From a virus, in IMG/VR virus record IMGVR_UViG_3300042898_002514: a stretch of 64,000 nt of DNA; one strand, written 5' to 3'. The notes under the pieces were generated by a model. The model worked only from the letters and a program-made list of their open reading frames with translations. It made no database searches and was not told the origin of the DNA. Within the stretch, counting starts at the first letter, position 1. The number at the start of each line of letters is the position of its first letter. A program made the translations under genes and the position numbers. Shown piece by piece: positions 35,435 through 45,499 of the stretch.

Positions 35435-35478
35435 GCCCTGCCCTCTAAGACATAGTACTTAGGGCAGGGTTTTTCTTT
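35435..35478 (+). terminator. intrinsic terminator
   Basis: CCCTGCCCT...AGGGCAGGG plus U tract. Confidence 0.7.
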
Positions 35479-35480
35479 AT

Positions 35481-35555
35481 CCGGCCTTAGTATAATGGAT
35501 AATACAGCGGTCTTCTACACCGTGAATATGGGTTCGATTCCTGTAGGCCGGACCA
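35481..35555 (+). tRNA. tRNA-Arg(TCT)
   Basis: GCGGT-CTTCTAC-ACCGT. Confidence 0.9.
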
Positions 35556-35556
35556 C

Positions 35557-35630
35557 GCTCTTGTAGTAAAATGGTATTACACAGTCTTGGTAAGACTGAA
35601 TTTCAAGTTCAATTCTTGGCTAGAGCACCA
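35557..35630 (+). tRNA. tRNA-Thr(GGT)
   Basis: CAGTC-TTGGTAA-GACTG. Confidence 0.85.
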
Positions 35631-35631
35631 C

Positions 35632-35660
35632 TTGACAACTTAAAGGAAAGACAGTATAAT
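35632..35660 (+). promoter_or_regulatory. sigma70 promoter (leaderless transcript)
   Basis: TTGACA-17-TATAAT, ATG 6 nt downstream. Confidence 0.85.
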
Positions 35661-35666
35661 AGTCGT

Positions 35667-35891
35667 ATGTACAAAGTAATAGAAAAACAAAGCTCAACAG
35701 AGTTTGCCAATTTGGATTTGGCCTTGACATTTGCCAAAGAATTAAATGTGTTTGTTACCATTCAAGGTGGCGAATTTGAAATCGTAGGGGTGTTTGGTGT
35801 AGACAGCATCAAAGACGGAAAGTGCCCAGATGGCGTTAAATACGATTGGAATAAATCGAGCCGTATCGGCCGTGTTAAAAAGGAAAGATAA
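35667..35891 (+). CDS. hypothetical protein
   Basis: MYKVIEKQ... at predicted transcription start. Confidence 0.7.
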   Translation: MYKVIEKQSSTEFANLDLALTFAKELNVFVTIQGGEFEIVGVFGVDSIKDGKCPDGVKYDWNKSSRIGRVKKER

Positions 35892-35898
35892 AAACTAG

Positions 35899-36117
35899 AT
35901 GGCTAAAGAAGATATAATCGAATTAACAGGTGTTGTAGAAGAAGTTCTGCCGGGCAGTATGTATAAAGTAAAAATTGAAAACATGCCCAACTTGATGCTG
36001 TGTTATACCAGCGGTAAACTCAAGCAACACAAGATTCGTATCATTCTTGGTGATCGTGTCAAGATAGAAGTTAGCCCTTACGATCTGTCAAAAGGTCGTG
36101 TTTCTTATAGATTGTAA
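35899..36117 (+). CDS. infA: translation initiation factor IF-1
   Basis: MAKEDIIE..G.V.E.LP...SGK....IRI..GDRV.IE.SPYDL.KGR. Confidence 0.96.
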   Translation: MAKEDIIELTGVVEEVLPGSMYKVKIENMPNLMLCYTSGKLKQHKIRIILGDRVKIEVSPYDLSKGRVSYRL

Positions 36118-36160
36118 CAAAAGGCATTATGCCGTATAGAGAAAGAACGGGTACAAAAAA

Positions 36161-36421
36161 ATGAGCATTAGTGATAAAAAGATCTTGGAAGTTGCCAATA
36201 TATGCTACGCAAATGTAGCAGGACAATTTGCAATGTTCTGTAATTCAAAGTATCGTGGTCCAAACTTTACATGGTCTGATTTTGCTAGCATGATGGAAAA
36301 ACAGGCTGAGACATGGATGATGATTCATCGTGTGCGTGGCTGCAAGGAAGACATTAACAAACAAGCAGCTCAGTTTGCAAGAGAAATTGCAGAACGATTG
36401 ATTATTAGATCTGAATTTTGA
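36161..36421 (+). CDS. hypothetical protein
   Basis: 86-aa ORF. Confidence 0.65.
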   Translation: MSISDKKILEVANICYANVAGQFAMFCNSKYRGPNFTWSDFASMMEKQAETWMMIHRVRGCKEDINKQAAQFAREIAERLIIRSEF

Positions 36422-36433
36422 TAGGAGGCAGAT

Positions 36434-36901
36434 ATGCCGTGGATTGAAAATGTAGCAGCCGCTGACATCCCAACAGGATTCCATCATGCGGCCGGGGAGA
36501 ATAGTATGTTGATCAGCATTACTGATCCCGCAAGCTGGCGTCCAGAAGCCAAGCATGAATTCAAAGAGCGTCATGACTTTGAGTTTTTGGACATTGAAGA
36601 AAAGGACTTTGCTCTAGATGAAGCCATGCGTTGTAGTCATGAGCAGGCCGCAGAGCTTGTTCGACTACTGCAACACGCACTAGAAAATCGCATGAATGTG
36701 GTTGTTCATTGCTATGCTGGCATTTGCCGATCGGGTGCGGTCTGTGAGGTTGGTGTAGCAATGGGGTTTGATGACACTGAGAGATTCCGTGCTCCAAATT
36801 TGTTAGTCAAGCACCGCATGATGAAAGCGTTAGGATGGACATATGATCCAGACGAAAAGCCAAACTTAGATGATTGGCGTACTTTTAGGAATGAACTATG
36901 A
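36434..36901 (+). CDS. protein tyrosine/dual-specificity phosphatase-like
   Basis: VHCYAGICRS P-loop. Confidence 0.85.
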   Translation: MPWIENVAAADIPTGFHHAAGENSMLISITDPASWRPEAKHEFKERHDFEFLDIEEKDFALDEAMRCSHEQAAELVRLLQHALENRMNVVVHCYAGICRSGAVCEVGVAMGFDDTERFRAPNLLVKHRMMKALGWTYDPDEKPNLDDWRTFRNEL

Positions 36902-37104
36902 GTATTTCAAGAGCAGAACAAAGCGTTATCAAGTATAATCTAGAACAGTATCGTTTAGATCAGACTCGTTTGGAAAAACAACGAGAGCAAGATTACGCCA
37001 AAAAAATCGAAGAACGCAGACTTGATCAAATCATAGCAGAACGAGTGAGCAGAAATCTTCGTTTAGATTTAGACAAAGGTCGTCACATTGATTTAGAATG
37101 TTAA
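36898..37104 (+). CDS. hypothetical protein
   Basis: Overlapping start, 68 aa. Confidence 0.65.
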   Translation: MSISRAEQSVIKYNLEQYRLDQTRLEKQREQDYAKKIEERRLDQIIAERVSRNLRLDLDKGRHIDLEC

Positions 37105-37106
37105 AC

Positions 37107-37415
37107 ATGAATAAATTGCAAGAAAACGGAAAAGTAGGTGTAGTGTATTCTCCCGGATTTGGAGCAGGATGGTATACGTGGAACACAGAATATCCAGAAA
37201 TTGTTTTTGATCCAACTATAGTAAAATATGTGGAAACAGAACGCTGGGATGAACTCAAGGTATATGTAGAGTTAAAGTATCCAGAAATATATGCCGGAGG
37301 TATGGACTCATTACAGGTAGAGTGGGTTCCTGTAGGAGCCCAGTTTAAAGTAACAGAGTACGACGGCAACGAATCTATAGAATATAGAGACAGTGACAAT
37401 TGGTTAACAGCTTGA
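37107..37415 (+). CDS. conserved hypothetical phage protein
   Basis: YSPGFGAGWYTWN, EYDGNE. Confidence 0.75.
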   Translation: MNKLQENGKVGVVYSPGFGAGWYTWNTEYPEIVFDPTIVKYVETERWDELKVYVELKYPEIYAGGMDSLQVEWVPVGAQFKVTEYDGNESIEYRDSDNWLTA

Positions 37416-37425
37416 AAGGCAAAAA

Positions 37426-37599
37426 ATGGCAGGTAAGGCAAAATCGGTTTATTTGACTATAAACCCAAAAGGTGGATTTACAACAGTATTCCAAAAAGTA
37501 TTCTTTGATGCTAAGGCATACAACGATTACGTTAAGTCGGAAGAATTTAAAGCCAAGTGGCCTAAAGAAGAGTTTGATATTGTAAAAGAAACTTATTAA
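37426..37599 (+). CDS. hypothetical 57-aa protein
   Basis: MAGKAKSVYLTI... Confidence 0.6.
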   Translation: MAGKAKSVYLTINPKGGFTTVFQKVFFDAKAYNDYVKSEEFKAKWPKEEFDIVKETY

Positions 37600-37614
37600 A
37601 GAAAGGAGGCGAAT

Positions 37615-38202
37615 ATGCCTAGTGTATTCTTAGTAAGCGACACGCACTTTGGACACACAGGTGTATGCCGCTTTACCCGTAACGATGGTGTTACAAAATT
37701 ACGTCCATGGGATAGTCCCGAAGAAATGGACGAAGCTATGGTCAAGGCTTGGAACGAACGTGTAAAACCCACTGACAAAGTCTACCATTTAGGTGATGTT
37801 GTTATTAACCGCAAGGCCTTGAAAATCTTACATCGGTTAAACGGTGACAAAGTGTTAATACGCGGTAACCACGATATCTTTAGAGACGAGGACTATCGCG
37901 AACACTTTAGAGAATTACGTGCCTACCACGTGATGAACGGACTTATTTTAAGTCATATTCCGTTGCACCCAGAGTCATTAGGCCGCTTTGGTACTAACAT
38001 TCACGGTCACTTACACGCCAATCGTGTAATGATGGAACCTGCAGGTAAGTATGGAATTCCTGTAATTGATACTCGCTATCATTGTGTATGTGTAGAACAA
38101 ACTCCGGATTTCGCTCCTATCTTGTTTGAAGATGTTATCAAACGTATTGAAGCAGAAGGTGGTACCGTTGGATTTAAGAGTGGCAACGGACCCACAATGT
38201 AA
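37615..38202 (+). CDS. calcineurin-like phosphoesterase
   Basis: SDTHFGH, LGD, GNHD, HGHLH. Confidence 0.9.
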   Translation: MPSVFLVSDTHFGHTGVCRFTRNDGVTKLRPWDSPEEMDEAMVKAWNERVKPTDKVYHLGDVVINRKALKILHRLNGDKVLIRGNHDIFRDEDYREHFRELRAYHVMNGLILSHIPLHPESLGRFGTNIHGHLHANRVMMEPAGKYGIPVIDTRYHCVCVEQTPDFAPILFEDVIKRIEAEGGTVGFKSGNGPTM

Positions 38203-38273
38203 TTGGTTTCCTGAGCATGTTTTTCAACACACTATATAGATTTTTATATAATATATAACTGTTAAATATAGTC

Positions 38274-38981
38274 ATGAGGCCAATTGATATTTTATATACA
38301 CCGTTAGTGTCGCTAGATTTTCCAACTTATGATTATACAAAGTTGTTATCGTGGGTACATAAATTTTATGTTACTCAAACAATTCAATCTCGACCAGATT
38401 CAAGTAAACATATAACAGGTGATATATATCCGTGGACTATCATATATGCAAAATACGATAGAGTATGGCGTTTTAATTTTGATAAAGAATTTCCACAATT
38501 AGCTTCTTTTTTTGGAGATGCATACAACTTAGCAACTTCAGAAATCGACTCTGTTGTTTTACTACCAGTAAAAGACAATCATCGTGGATTAGGATTTTGG
38601 CACCGTGATCCTGATAAATGGGGACTACGTATGTATTTAGAAAACACAGAGTTAGAAAACTCTCTGTTGATTAAACCAACAAAACTTCCACACAATTCAC
38701 ATTCAGAATTACTATCAGCAATTGATCCTCTTGGACCTTGGGAATTTATTCAAGATGTACAATATGCGGCTAATATTCCAAATCCGCAACAAGTATTTTA
38801 TATCAATAACGTGAGAGCAATCCATGCTGTGAATAAAAATATACCCAGTTCAAAAAGACTTGCTGTAATAGTAAGCACTGGCAAAACCACGTCTGAAATT
38901 CCTCAACATCTTCAAAACTTAATTGTATCTTCTGCCGAACATTATAAAGATTCAGCAATTTATTGGAGTCCAGAAATTTAA
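38274..38981 (+). CDS. putative 2OG-Fe(II)/cupin oxygenase
   Basis: WHRD...INNVRAIH. Confidence 0.65.
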   Translation: MRPIDILYTPLVSLDFPTYDYTKLLSWVHKFYVTQTIQSRPDSSKHITGDIYPWTIIYAKYDRVWRFNFDKEFPQLASFFGDAYNLATSEIDSVVLLPVKDNHRGLGFWHRDPDKWGLRMYLENTELENSLLIKPTKLPHNSHSELLSAIDPLGPWEFIQDVQYAANIPNPQQVFYINNVRAIHAVNKNIPSSKRLAVIVSTGKTTSEIPQHLQNLIVSSAEHYKDSAIYWSPEI

Positions 38982-39026
38982 TTATCTACCAATAAATAAT
39001 TATTATATAAGATTACCTTTTTTCTT

Positions 39027-39345
39027 GTTAAACGTAAATGACGTAATCTGAATATTTTTGTTTACTATCCTCTAATACAGATTGTTTGTTTCAAATGGAA
39101 AATTCAGAACCTGAATTTTTAGAATATGGAAATGTCTATAGCTGGGACACAAACCTACCTCATCGAGTATTTCCTGTAAAGAAAAAAACTTTCAACGTAT
39201 ACACGTTGTTCTAGGATTTAGTCCTTGGTTCGATTACATCGAAGAAGAAGATGCATGGGTTACTAATGATTTTTTTGGAAAGAAACATCCATTAGACATG
39301 TTGATAGGCGGCGAGTTTCATCCACTCATTAAAGGTTTAGAATAG
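39027..39345 (+). pseudogene. gene remnants: minus-strand paralog 3' end fused to a frameshifted oxygenase C-terminus
   Basis: 39027-39083 resembles 40021-40077; + strand reads YSWDTNLPHRVF / RIHVVLGFSPWF with a shift in an A run. Confidence 0.55.
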
Positions 39346-39446
39346 CACTAACATTAGGATGCTATACTATTTTTTGATCAATTATTAGATAAAAGTATAG
39401 GATCAAGATCCTATACTACCCGGTGCTTTATATAAATATTTTTATA

Positions 39447-39983
39447 ATGGACAACTACTACCTAATTGATTTTAACAAGAACATCATTGTTGAAAATTTT
39501 AAACAAGAAAATTACGTTTCAGGTACAGGTTGGTTAACTCATAAGATTCTCAATAAAGAGGATATACTATCACCCGAGATTATTGATTTCTTATCTACGC
39601 TAGATATCCCACTCTTTATTAATTTATTTTACGGTCCTCCTGCTGGTTTAACGTATATTCATATAGATAATCATGCAGGCGGTTGGGCTATTAATTATGC
39701 ATGGGGGAGTTCTAATTCTATTATGAAATGGTACTCAATTAAAAAAGGAAGTACACCTAAAAGGGTATTGACTACTGCTAATACTCCTTATTTTTTCTAT
39801 ACTTCAGATCAAGTTGAGATTATAGAAGAAACTGAAATTAAAGGATTATGCCTGGTAAGAACAGACATACCACATTCAGTTCATAATTACAGCACTGACA
39901 GCGGACGTTGGTGTTTAAGTATACGATCACTTGTGAAAACTAATATATTAGAAAAACTTTCACCTTATATAATAAGTAGATAA
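39447..39983 (+). CDS. putative 2OG-Fe(II)/cupin oxygenase
   Basis: IHID...LVRTDIPHSV...RWCLSIR. Confidence 0.65.
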   Translation: MDNYYLIDFNKNIIVENFKQENYVSGTGWLTHKILNKEDILSPEIIDFLSTLDIPLFINLFYGPPAGLTYIHIDNHAGGWAINYAWGSSNSIMKWYSIKKGSTPKRVLTTANTPYFFYTSDQVEIIEETEIKGLCLVRTDIPHSVHNYSTDSGRWCLSIRSLVKTNILEKLSPYIISR

Positions 39984-40020
39984 AGAAGCTGTTTAGAGAA
40001 TATTGCTACCTATATTTTTA

Positions 40021-40626
40021 TTAAACATAGATGACGTAATCTGAATATTTTTGTATACTATCTGTTAACACAGATTTTAAAGATTCTTTTATAGGTCCTT
40101 GATACATAATTAGTTGTTTGTTATATCGAGGATTAAAATCAGTGCCGTGTTTTACTTTTGCATCATCATACCACCAAGTGTTAGTATCTTCCGGTAATTT
40201 TAGATAGTGCTTGTTCGTATTACTATCTTCATACCACCAAGTTTGTTTTGGATTGTTATCAGTTAATAAACTTCTTATTGAATTGTATCCTGAAATTGAG
40301 GCAAAGTCTTGATGAGCGTAGACCTTAGTGAAACTTTGCAACATCCGAACTACATGTACTTCAATAGGAAGTTTATCTAAGTGATCAAACAATGATGGAA
40401 ATAGTTCAGGACAGTTTACATTCTTACATGTGTACGGCATAATATCATTTGAGTCTATACCTGGTTTAACATAGATATCAAATCCCACCCAATAGGCTTG
40501 TGCTAAGTTTTTTGTCTGCAATGACTTCGGAACAAATTTTTTATTTTTCTCCCATACTTTATTCCATATTTCCCAGTCATTGGGTACAACCTTAGGAAAA
40601 ATTAATGGTATTGATACAGGAATCAT
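40021..40626 (-). CDS. putative 2OG-Fe(II)/cupin oxygenase
   Basis: AHQD...KHG. Confidence 0.65.
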   Translation of the reverse strand: MIPVSIPLIFPKVVPNDWEIWNKVWEKNKKFVPKSLQTKNLAQAYWVGFDIYVKPGIDSNDIMPYTCKNVNCPELFPSLFDHLDKLPIEVHVVRMLQSFTKVYAHQDFASISGYNSIRSLLTDNNPKQTWWYEDSNTNKHYLKLPEDTNTWWYDDAKVKHGTDFNPRYNKQLIMYQGPIKESLKSVLTDSIQKYSDYVIYV

Positions 40627-41225
40627 TTCACAGTGCTCCAATCAAAATTAAACGTAGAATCCAATTTTTCATATATTACCCATTGCTTAGTATATTGTAT
40701 CATTACAGGGAATTCTACTTCAATTAAATTGTTGTAAAAAAGATGACGGGGTTGTCGAGTAGTAATCCTTTCTTTAGTCTCACCTAATCGTCGTTTTTGG
40801 AAGACCTGTATAAGATTTTTGTTATAATCATTAAATGTTAATGCTATAATTTTTATGTTTTTTTCTTGGCACCAGATTTTTTGTATAGGAAATAGATATT
40901 CCCTAAGAATGCTTTGATGACGATAAATTTTATTAACCCATGTCCTTACACCCACAAATGCAACATCTTGAGAAAAATTACTAATATATACACCCCCGCA
41001 AGCAACTATAGTTTCTCCGTCAAATACTATATGGTATGCACCACTGTTATCATTAAATCTATCTGTTTTATTTAAGATAAAAGGCAATGTATGTTTTTCA
41101 TTTTTCCAATCCTTGTGCCACATATTAATATTAGCAGATTTTAATTCTAAGTGTGTCGACTCAAGAAAAAAATAAAAGTTTGTTTTTTCAATAGCGGACA
41201 AATTGTTATATGTTGAAACTCTCAT
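40623..41225 (-). CDS. GNAT-like protein
   Basis: IVACGG...RTWVNKIYRHQ. Confidence 0.55.
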   Translation of the reverse strand: MRVSTYNNLSAIEKTNFYFFLESTHLELKSANINMWHKDWKNEKHTLPFILNKTDRFNDNSGAYHIVFDGETIVACGGVYISNFSQDVAFVGVRTWVNKIYRHQSILREYLFPIQKIWCQEKNIKIIALTFNDYNKNLIQVFQKRRLGETKERITTRQPRHLFYNNLIEVEFPVMIQYTKQWVIYEKLDSTFNFDWSTVK

Positions 41226-41238
41226 TTTACCTTGATAC

Positions 41239-41859
41239 TTAATTATAAATGATGTAATCTTTATATTTTTCGATGCTTCTATTTAGAAGTTCTAGATGTT
41301 TTGTAGAATCTAGTTTGCCTGCAATAAACATTGTGATTTTTCTATACTCTTTTGGGGCTAAAAACGATCCGTGATATCCTAGATGATTATTTAGAATAAA
41401 CCAATCAGTGGTATCGGGAAGTATAGGAAATACTGGATTTAATTTTTCTCTAGATCTTGCATCATACTGAACAATATCGGGATTTGTAGAGTTTGGTAAT
41501 ACATAAAATGTCTCTAACATGTCACGCATTACTAGATTTTTGTAAGCAGTAGGTCCTAGATTGGAGGGCGCTAGGGACTTGGCAATGGGATCTTGGTGCG
41601 GTTTATTATTGACAAATTGCTCTCTAAAATCAAAATGTCCACCGTTATCATAATCTAACAACGGAATTGCTCGTAGTTTTTCATCCAGATCTGGAAAAAG
41701 TTTCAATAGTTCCGGATCAATTGGCTGATTTGTTTTTTTAAAGTTAACCCAATTCCAATCTTGATGTCTTTCTTTTCTAGCATCAAAGTATTCTAATGTC
41801 TTGTCTCTGTTTAATTCCAGCTTAGGCAGATCAATCGGTAGCAATATAATATTGTTCAT
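41239..41859 (-). CDS. putative 2OG-Fe(II)/cupin oxygenase
   Basis: PHQD...LNNHLGYHG. Confidence 0.65.
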   Translation of the reverse strand: MNNIILLPIDLPKLELNRDKTLEYFDARKERHQDWNWVNFKKTNQPIDPELLKLFPDLDEKLRAIPLLDYDNGGHFDFREQFVNNKPHQDPIAKSLAPSNLGPTAYKNLVMRDMLETFYVLPNSTNPDIVQYDARSREKLNPVFPILPDTTDWFILNNHLGYHGSFLAPKEYRKITMFIAGKLDSTKHLELLNRSIEKYKDYIIYN

Positions 41860-41902
41860 ATGTTATTTAATCAGGCGTCATGAGTTACATAATAAATACT
41901 GA

Positions 41903-42655
41903 GTGAAACTATTTTCGTCTTCCCCGAATACATTGCGTATAATCCAACTCTTGTCAATCGCACTTATTATAGTGTGTCCATTCGTTGCAGATGTTTCTTG
42001 GCAATACATATTGCTATCCGTATTGATGTTCTACGGGTATAGTGTGTTGGGAATCAGCATGATGCTGCACAGATATTACAGCCACAAAAGTTTTAAACTA
42101 AACTCAGTGATCAAATGGTTCTTTACTGTGTTTGCTGTGCTATCAGGCCGCGGAAGTCCCCTAGGTTGGGTGTATATACACCGTATTCATCACGCAACTT
42201 CTGACACCGAAAAAGATCCTCACAGTCCGCATTACGATACTTTTAAGTTTATAGGATTTAAACCTATACAAGAAAATACAAAAATCAATCACTTTATTGT
42301 AAAAGAATTATTAACTACCGCACACATAAAAATTGACAAGTATTATCTTTTGCTAATACTAAGTTTCCTAGTATTGTTGTCTATAATTGATTTTAATTTG
42401 ATATTTTATATGTGGGCTATTCCTGTATTTGTAGTCAGTGTGACTCAAACTATGTTTAATTATTTTGCACATATGAAGGGTTATCGAAATTTTGAAACAA
42501 CAGATCGTAGCACTAACAATTTGTATCTTTGGCCGTTTATACTAGGCGATGCTTGGCATAATAATCACCATGCCAACGCCCAAAAAACTTCGACAAAAGT
42601 ATTAAAATATGAATACGATCCAATTGGAGTATTAATAAATTTTATAAAACAATAA
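41903..42655 (+). CDS. delta-9-type fatty acid desaturase
   Basis: HRYYSH, HRIHH, WHNNHH His boxes; DPHSP. Confidence 0.92.
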   Translation: MKLFSSSPNTLRIIQLLSIALIIVCPFVADVSWQYILLSVLMFYGYSVLGISMMLHRYYSHKSFKLNSVIKWFFTVFAVLSGRGSPLGWVYIHRIHHATSDTEKDPHSPHYDTFKFIGFKPIQENTKINHFIVKELLTTAHIKIDKYYLLLILSFLVLLSIIDFNLIFYMWAIPVFVVSVTQTMFNYFAHMKGYRNFETTDRSTNNLYLWPFILGDAWHNNHHANAQKTSTKVLKYEYDPIGVLINFIKQ

Positions 42656-42659
42656 CACT

Positions 42660-43241
42660 ATGACAGAAGTTCGTGAAATTACTGGCAATCAAGAGTACGA
42701 AGAATTTTGTAAACAAATTATTTTTTCTCGTAAAAAAATAAGCGGTACTACTCCAATATCCCCCGAACGTTATCAAGCTCTTCGAGAAGAATCTAAATCT
42801 AACAATTCTGTAGGAATTGGTTATTTTGAAGATGGTAAATTAATTAGTTGGATAACTGTAGGGTTTTACGAAAGTAAGATGCGAGGAAAATTTTGGGTAA
42901 TCTCAAATTTTTTTAGTTCTGTTTATACGTCTTATTTTAATTTTAACCGGCCCGAATTTGGAATGTTGTTTAAAGCGGCATTTGACATAGCAGAAGGGCG
43001 AGGGTATCATCAATACTTTTACAGTATAGCAGAAAGACTAGAACGGGTATACGAAAGACAATGGAAGAAAAATTCATATGCAATTCAAGGAAAGTATGAC
43101 TTGACTACACTGGCTGTTGTTCCAGCAAATACCAAACCAGAATTTGAATTGTACTGGAGATTAATGGGACAGGAATTGAAACCAGATAATATTGTTATAA
43201 AATCTAGAAAACTTAAAGGCCACAATTTACCTGATAAATAG
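42660..43241 (+). CDS. hypothetical protein (possibly GNAT-like)
   Basis: 193-aa ORF between desaturases. Confidence 0.6.
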   Translation: MTEVREITGNQEYEEFCKQIIFSRKKISGTTPISPERYQALREESKSNNSVGIGYFEDGKLISWITVGFYESKMRGKFWVISNFFSSVYTSYFNFNRPEFGMLFKAAFDIAEGRGYHQYFYSIAERLERVYERQWKKNSYAIQGKYDLTTLAVVPANTKPEFELYWRLMGQELKPDNIVIKSRKLKGHNLPDK

Positions 43242-43245
43242 TTGC

Positions 43246-44019
43246 ATGAAGAACTATTTTTCAAGCAGTACGTTGGGTGCCCAACTATTTTTAATCATAT
43301 CTTTGCTAGGATCTATACTAGGCGTATATATCTACGGCATGAGTGCAATTGAATTGTTGTTAGTTTTACTAGGTTACTTTGTTTACGGGTGTTTAGGAAT
43401 CGTAATAACATATCATAGACGGTTAACGCATAACAGTTACAAAACATATCCATGGTTAACTAAAATACTTTCAGTTGTAGGCTGTTTTGCGGGCACCGGC
43501 AGTCCATTAGCCTGGGTTGCTATTCATATCAACCATCACTTAAAGAGCGACAAACCAGAAGACCCACACAGTCCTTTACACAAAGGCGTTAAAATTTTTA
43601 CACTAGATTATGTTAATCAAATCAGTGCGGATACTAAATGGCGTATGCGTGATCTAGTTACTGATAAATTTCAACAGTTCTTACACCGTTATTATTTTGC
43701 CATTCTTATAGCTTATAGTGCTGTACTTTTTGTTGCCGGCGGCTTCTGGTTAATGGTATTTGCACATTGGATGCCAGCAGTGATTACTGGACTTATGAGT
43801 AATGTAGTTAACTATGTAGGGCATATGCCAAACTGGTTTGGCGGTTATCGAACTTATAATCTATCAGATCAAAGCACAAATAATTGGTTATGGTCAATTC
43901 CCAGTTGGGGAGAAAGTTGGCACAACAATCATCACAGATATCCTAAGAATTCATACTTTGGTACAAAGTGGTGGGAAGTTGACATATCAGGTCTAATTAT
44001 TAAATTGATAAAGATTTAA
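43246..44019 (+). CDS. delta-9-type fatty acid desaturase
   Basis: HRRLTH, HINHH, GESWHNNHH. Confidence 0.92.
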   Translation: MKNYFSSSTLGAQLFLIISLLGSILGVYIYGMSAIELLLVLLGYFVYGCLGIVITYHRRLTHNSYKTYPWLTKILSVVGCFAGTGSPLAWVAIHINHHLKSDKPEDPHSPLHKGVKIFTLDYVNQISADTKWRMRDLVTDKFQQFLHRYYFAILIAYSAVLFVAGGFWLMVFAHWMPAVITGLMSNVVNYVGHMPNWFGGYRTYNLSDQSTNNWLWSIPSWGESWHNNHHRYPKNSYFGTKWWEVDISGLIIKLIKI

Positions 44020-44451
44020 ATGTTTCTTCTGTATTTCTTTCTATGGACGTTAATTCTATATTGGATTCATAGAATAGGGCACAAACTGCCTGTAGTACGT
44101 ACTATACATATGCATCACCATAGATTTGTATTAAACCATACTACAACGTGGCATTGGTCTAATTTAGTATTATTTAATGATGATTGGACTAGCACGTTAG
44201 ACTTATGGCTCACTGAAGTTATTCCTACATTGTTGTTTAGTTTAGTAACTGGTCAATGGTGGATTAGTGTGTTCTATTATATATGGGCTGCATTTATACA
44301 AGAATCAATAGAACATAATTCAAATTTTAATTTACCTATTCTTACTAGTGGTAAATGGCATTTGATTCATCATCGGAATAATTCTAATTATGGGCTATTC
44401 ATGCCAATATGGGACATAATATTCGGAACTCACAAAAATGTATACAAGTGA
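44020..44451 (+). CDS. fatty acid hydroxylase/sterol desaturase family
   Basis: YWIHRIGH, HMHHH, HLIHH..NYG..WDIIFGT. Confidence 0.85.
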   Translation: MFLLYFFLWTLILYWIHRIGHKLPVVRTIHMHHHRFVLNHTTTWHWSNLVLFNDDWTSTLDLWLTEVIPTLLFSLVTGQWWISVFYYIWAAFIQESIEHNSNFNLPILTSGKWHLIHHRNNSNYGLFMPIWDIIFGTHKNVYK

Positions 44452-45358
44452 AAATAATTGGTATCAATGGAAATACGGCAATGATGCTTTATTTGGGAGA
44501 CAAATTGAAAATAAAGAGCTTAAAACCATTTACACTAAAATGGATAGACCATTATTATCGTTCAAAGAAGAATTAATCGAAGCAGCCAAAAGCACTATAG
44601 ATCATTATCCAGGATTAAGACCTTGCATATTTTTTAGTGGTGGAGTAGATAGCGAAATAATACTACGTTCCTACCTAGCAATTGGCTCAAACCCTAAGGT
44701 TTATGTTGTTAGGTACGAAAATGATCTAAACATTTATGATGTAAGTTATGCCGTTACCGTATGTTCTATTCTTAATATTGATTATACAATAGTAGACTTT
44801 AACTTAAAAAAGTTTTATGAAAACGATGCAGTAAAAGTATCAGAAGATGCACAAATAGATAGACCTAGAATGCTACCCCATCTTAAATTTACAGACTGTG
44901 CCGATGGGTTAATTATTGTAGGGCATAGTGATGTAAGATGGTATCGTACAGATGATGACTATAGTAAAAAGGGTACTTGGTTGATGCAAGATTTTGAACA
45001 CGATTTAGGATGTGACAAATACAACATTCTACATAATCGTCCTGCAATTTATCAATGGTTTAAGTGGTCACCTGGATTGGTTTTAGGGTATACTACGTTA
45101 ACCTGGTTTAAAAAATTAGTAAACGACGAATACCGTGGACGATTAGGCATCAATTCTACAAAAATACTAGGCTTTCGAGAAATGTATCCCGATATTATCG
45201 AACGCAAGAAACAGACAGGATTTGAAAAAATTGATGATCTAGTTGCTGAAGTTCAACTTGTATTGAAAAATAAGTACAATGGTTTGCCCTACAGGCAACA
45301 AATAGATAGAACTATAACTCAACTTTATAATGAAATTAAAGGCCCAATTAATAAGTAA
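44438..45358 (+). CDS. PP-loop ATPase (asparagine synthase-like)
   Basis: FFSGGVDSE, RKKQTGFE. Confidence 0.7.
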   Translation: MYTSENNWYQWKYGNDALFGRQIENKELKTIYTKMDRPLLSFKEELIEAAKSTIDHYPGLRPCIFFSGGVDSEIILRSYLAIGSNPKVYVVRYENDLNIYDVSYAVTVCSILNIDYTIVDFNLKKFYENDAVKVSEDAQIDRPRMLPHLKFTDCADGLIIVGHSDVRWYRTDDDYSKKGTWLMQDFEHDLGCDKYNILHNRPAIYQWFKWSPGLVLGYTTLTWFKKLVNDEYRGRLGINSTKILGFREMYPDIIERKKQTGFEKIDDLVAEVQLVLKNKYNGLPYRQQIDRTITQLYNEIKGPINK

Positions 45359-45499
45359 CTGTGGGTTTTACAAAGTAGCGGATAAAACTTGTAATAACGA
45401 AATTTATGAATCAACTTGTATTAATTCTCCTATAGTAAGAAATTTTTAAACATGTGTCTTTGATATGTAAATACTACCTATACTACAGAGGCAGTCACG

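Noticed and set aside
26029-35630. Stop-codon reassignment
   Set aside because: No CTA, TTA or TCA anticodon tRNA, and conserved genes are intact under code 11.
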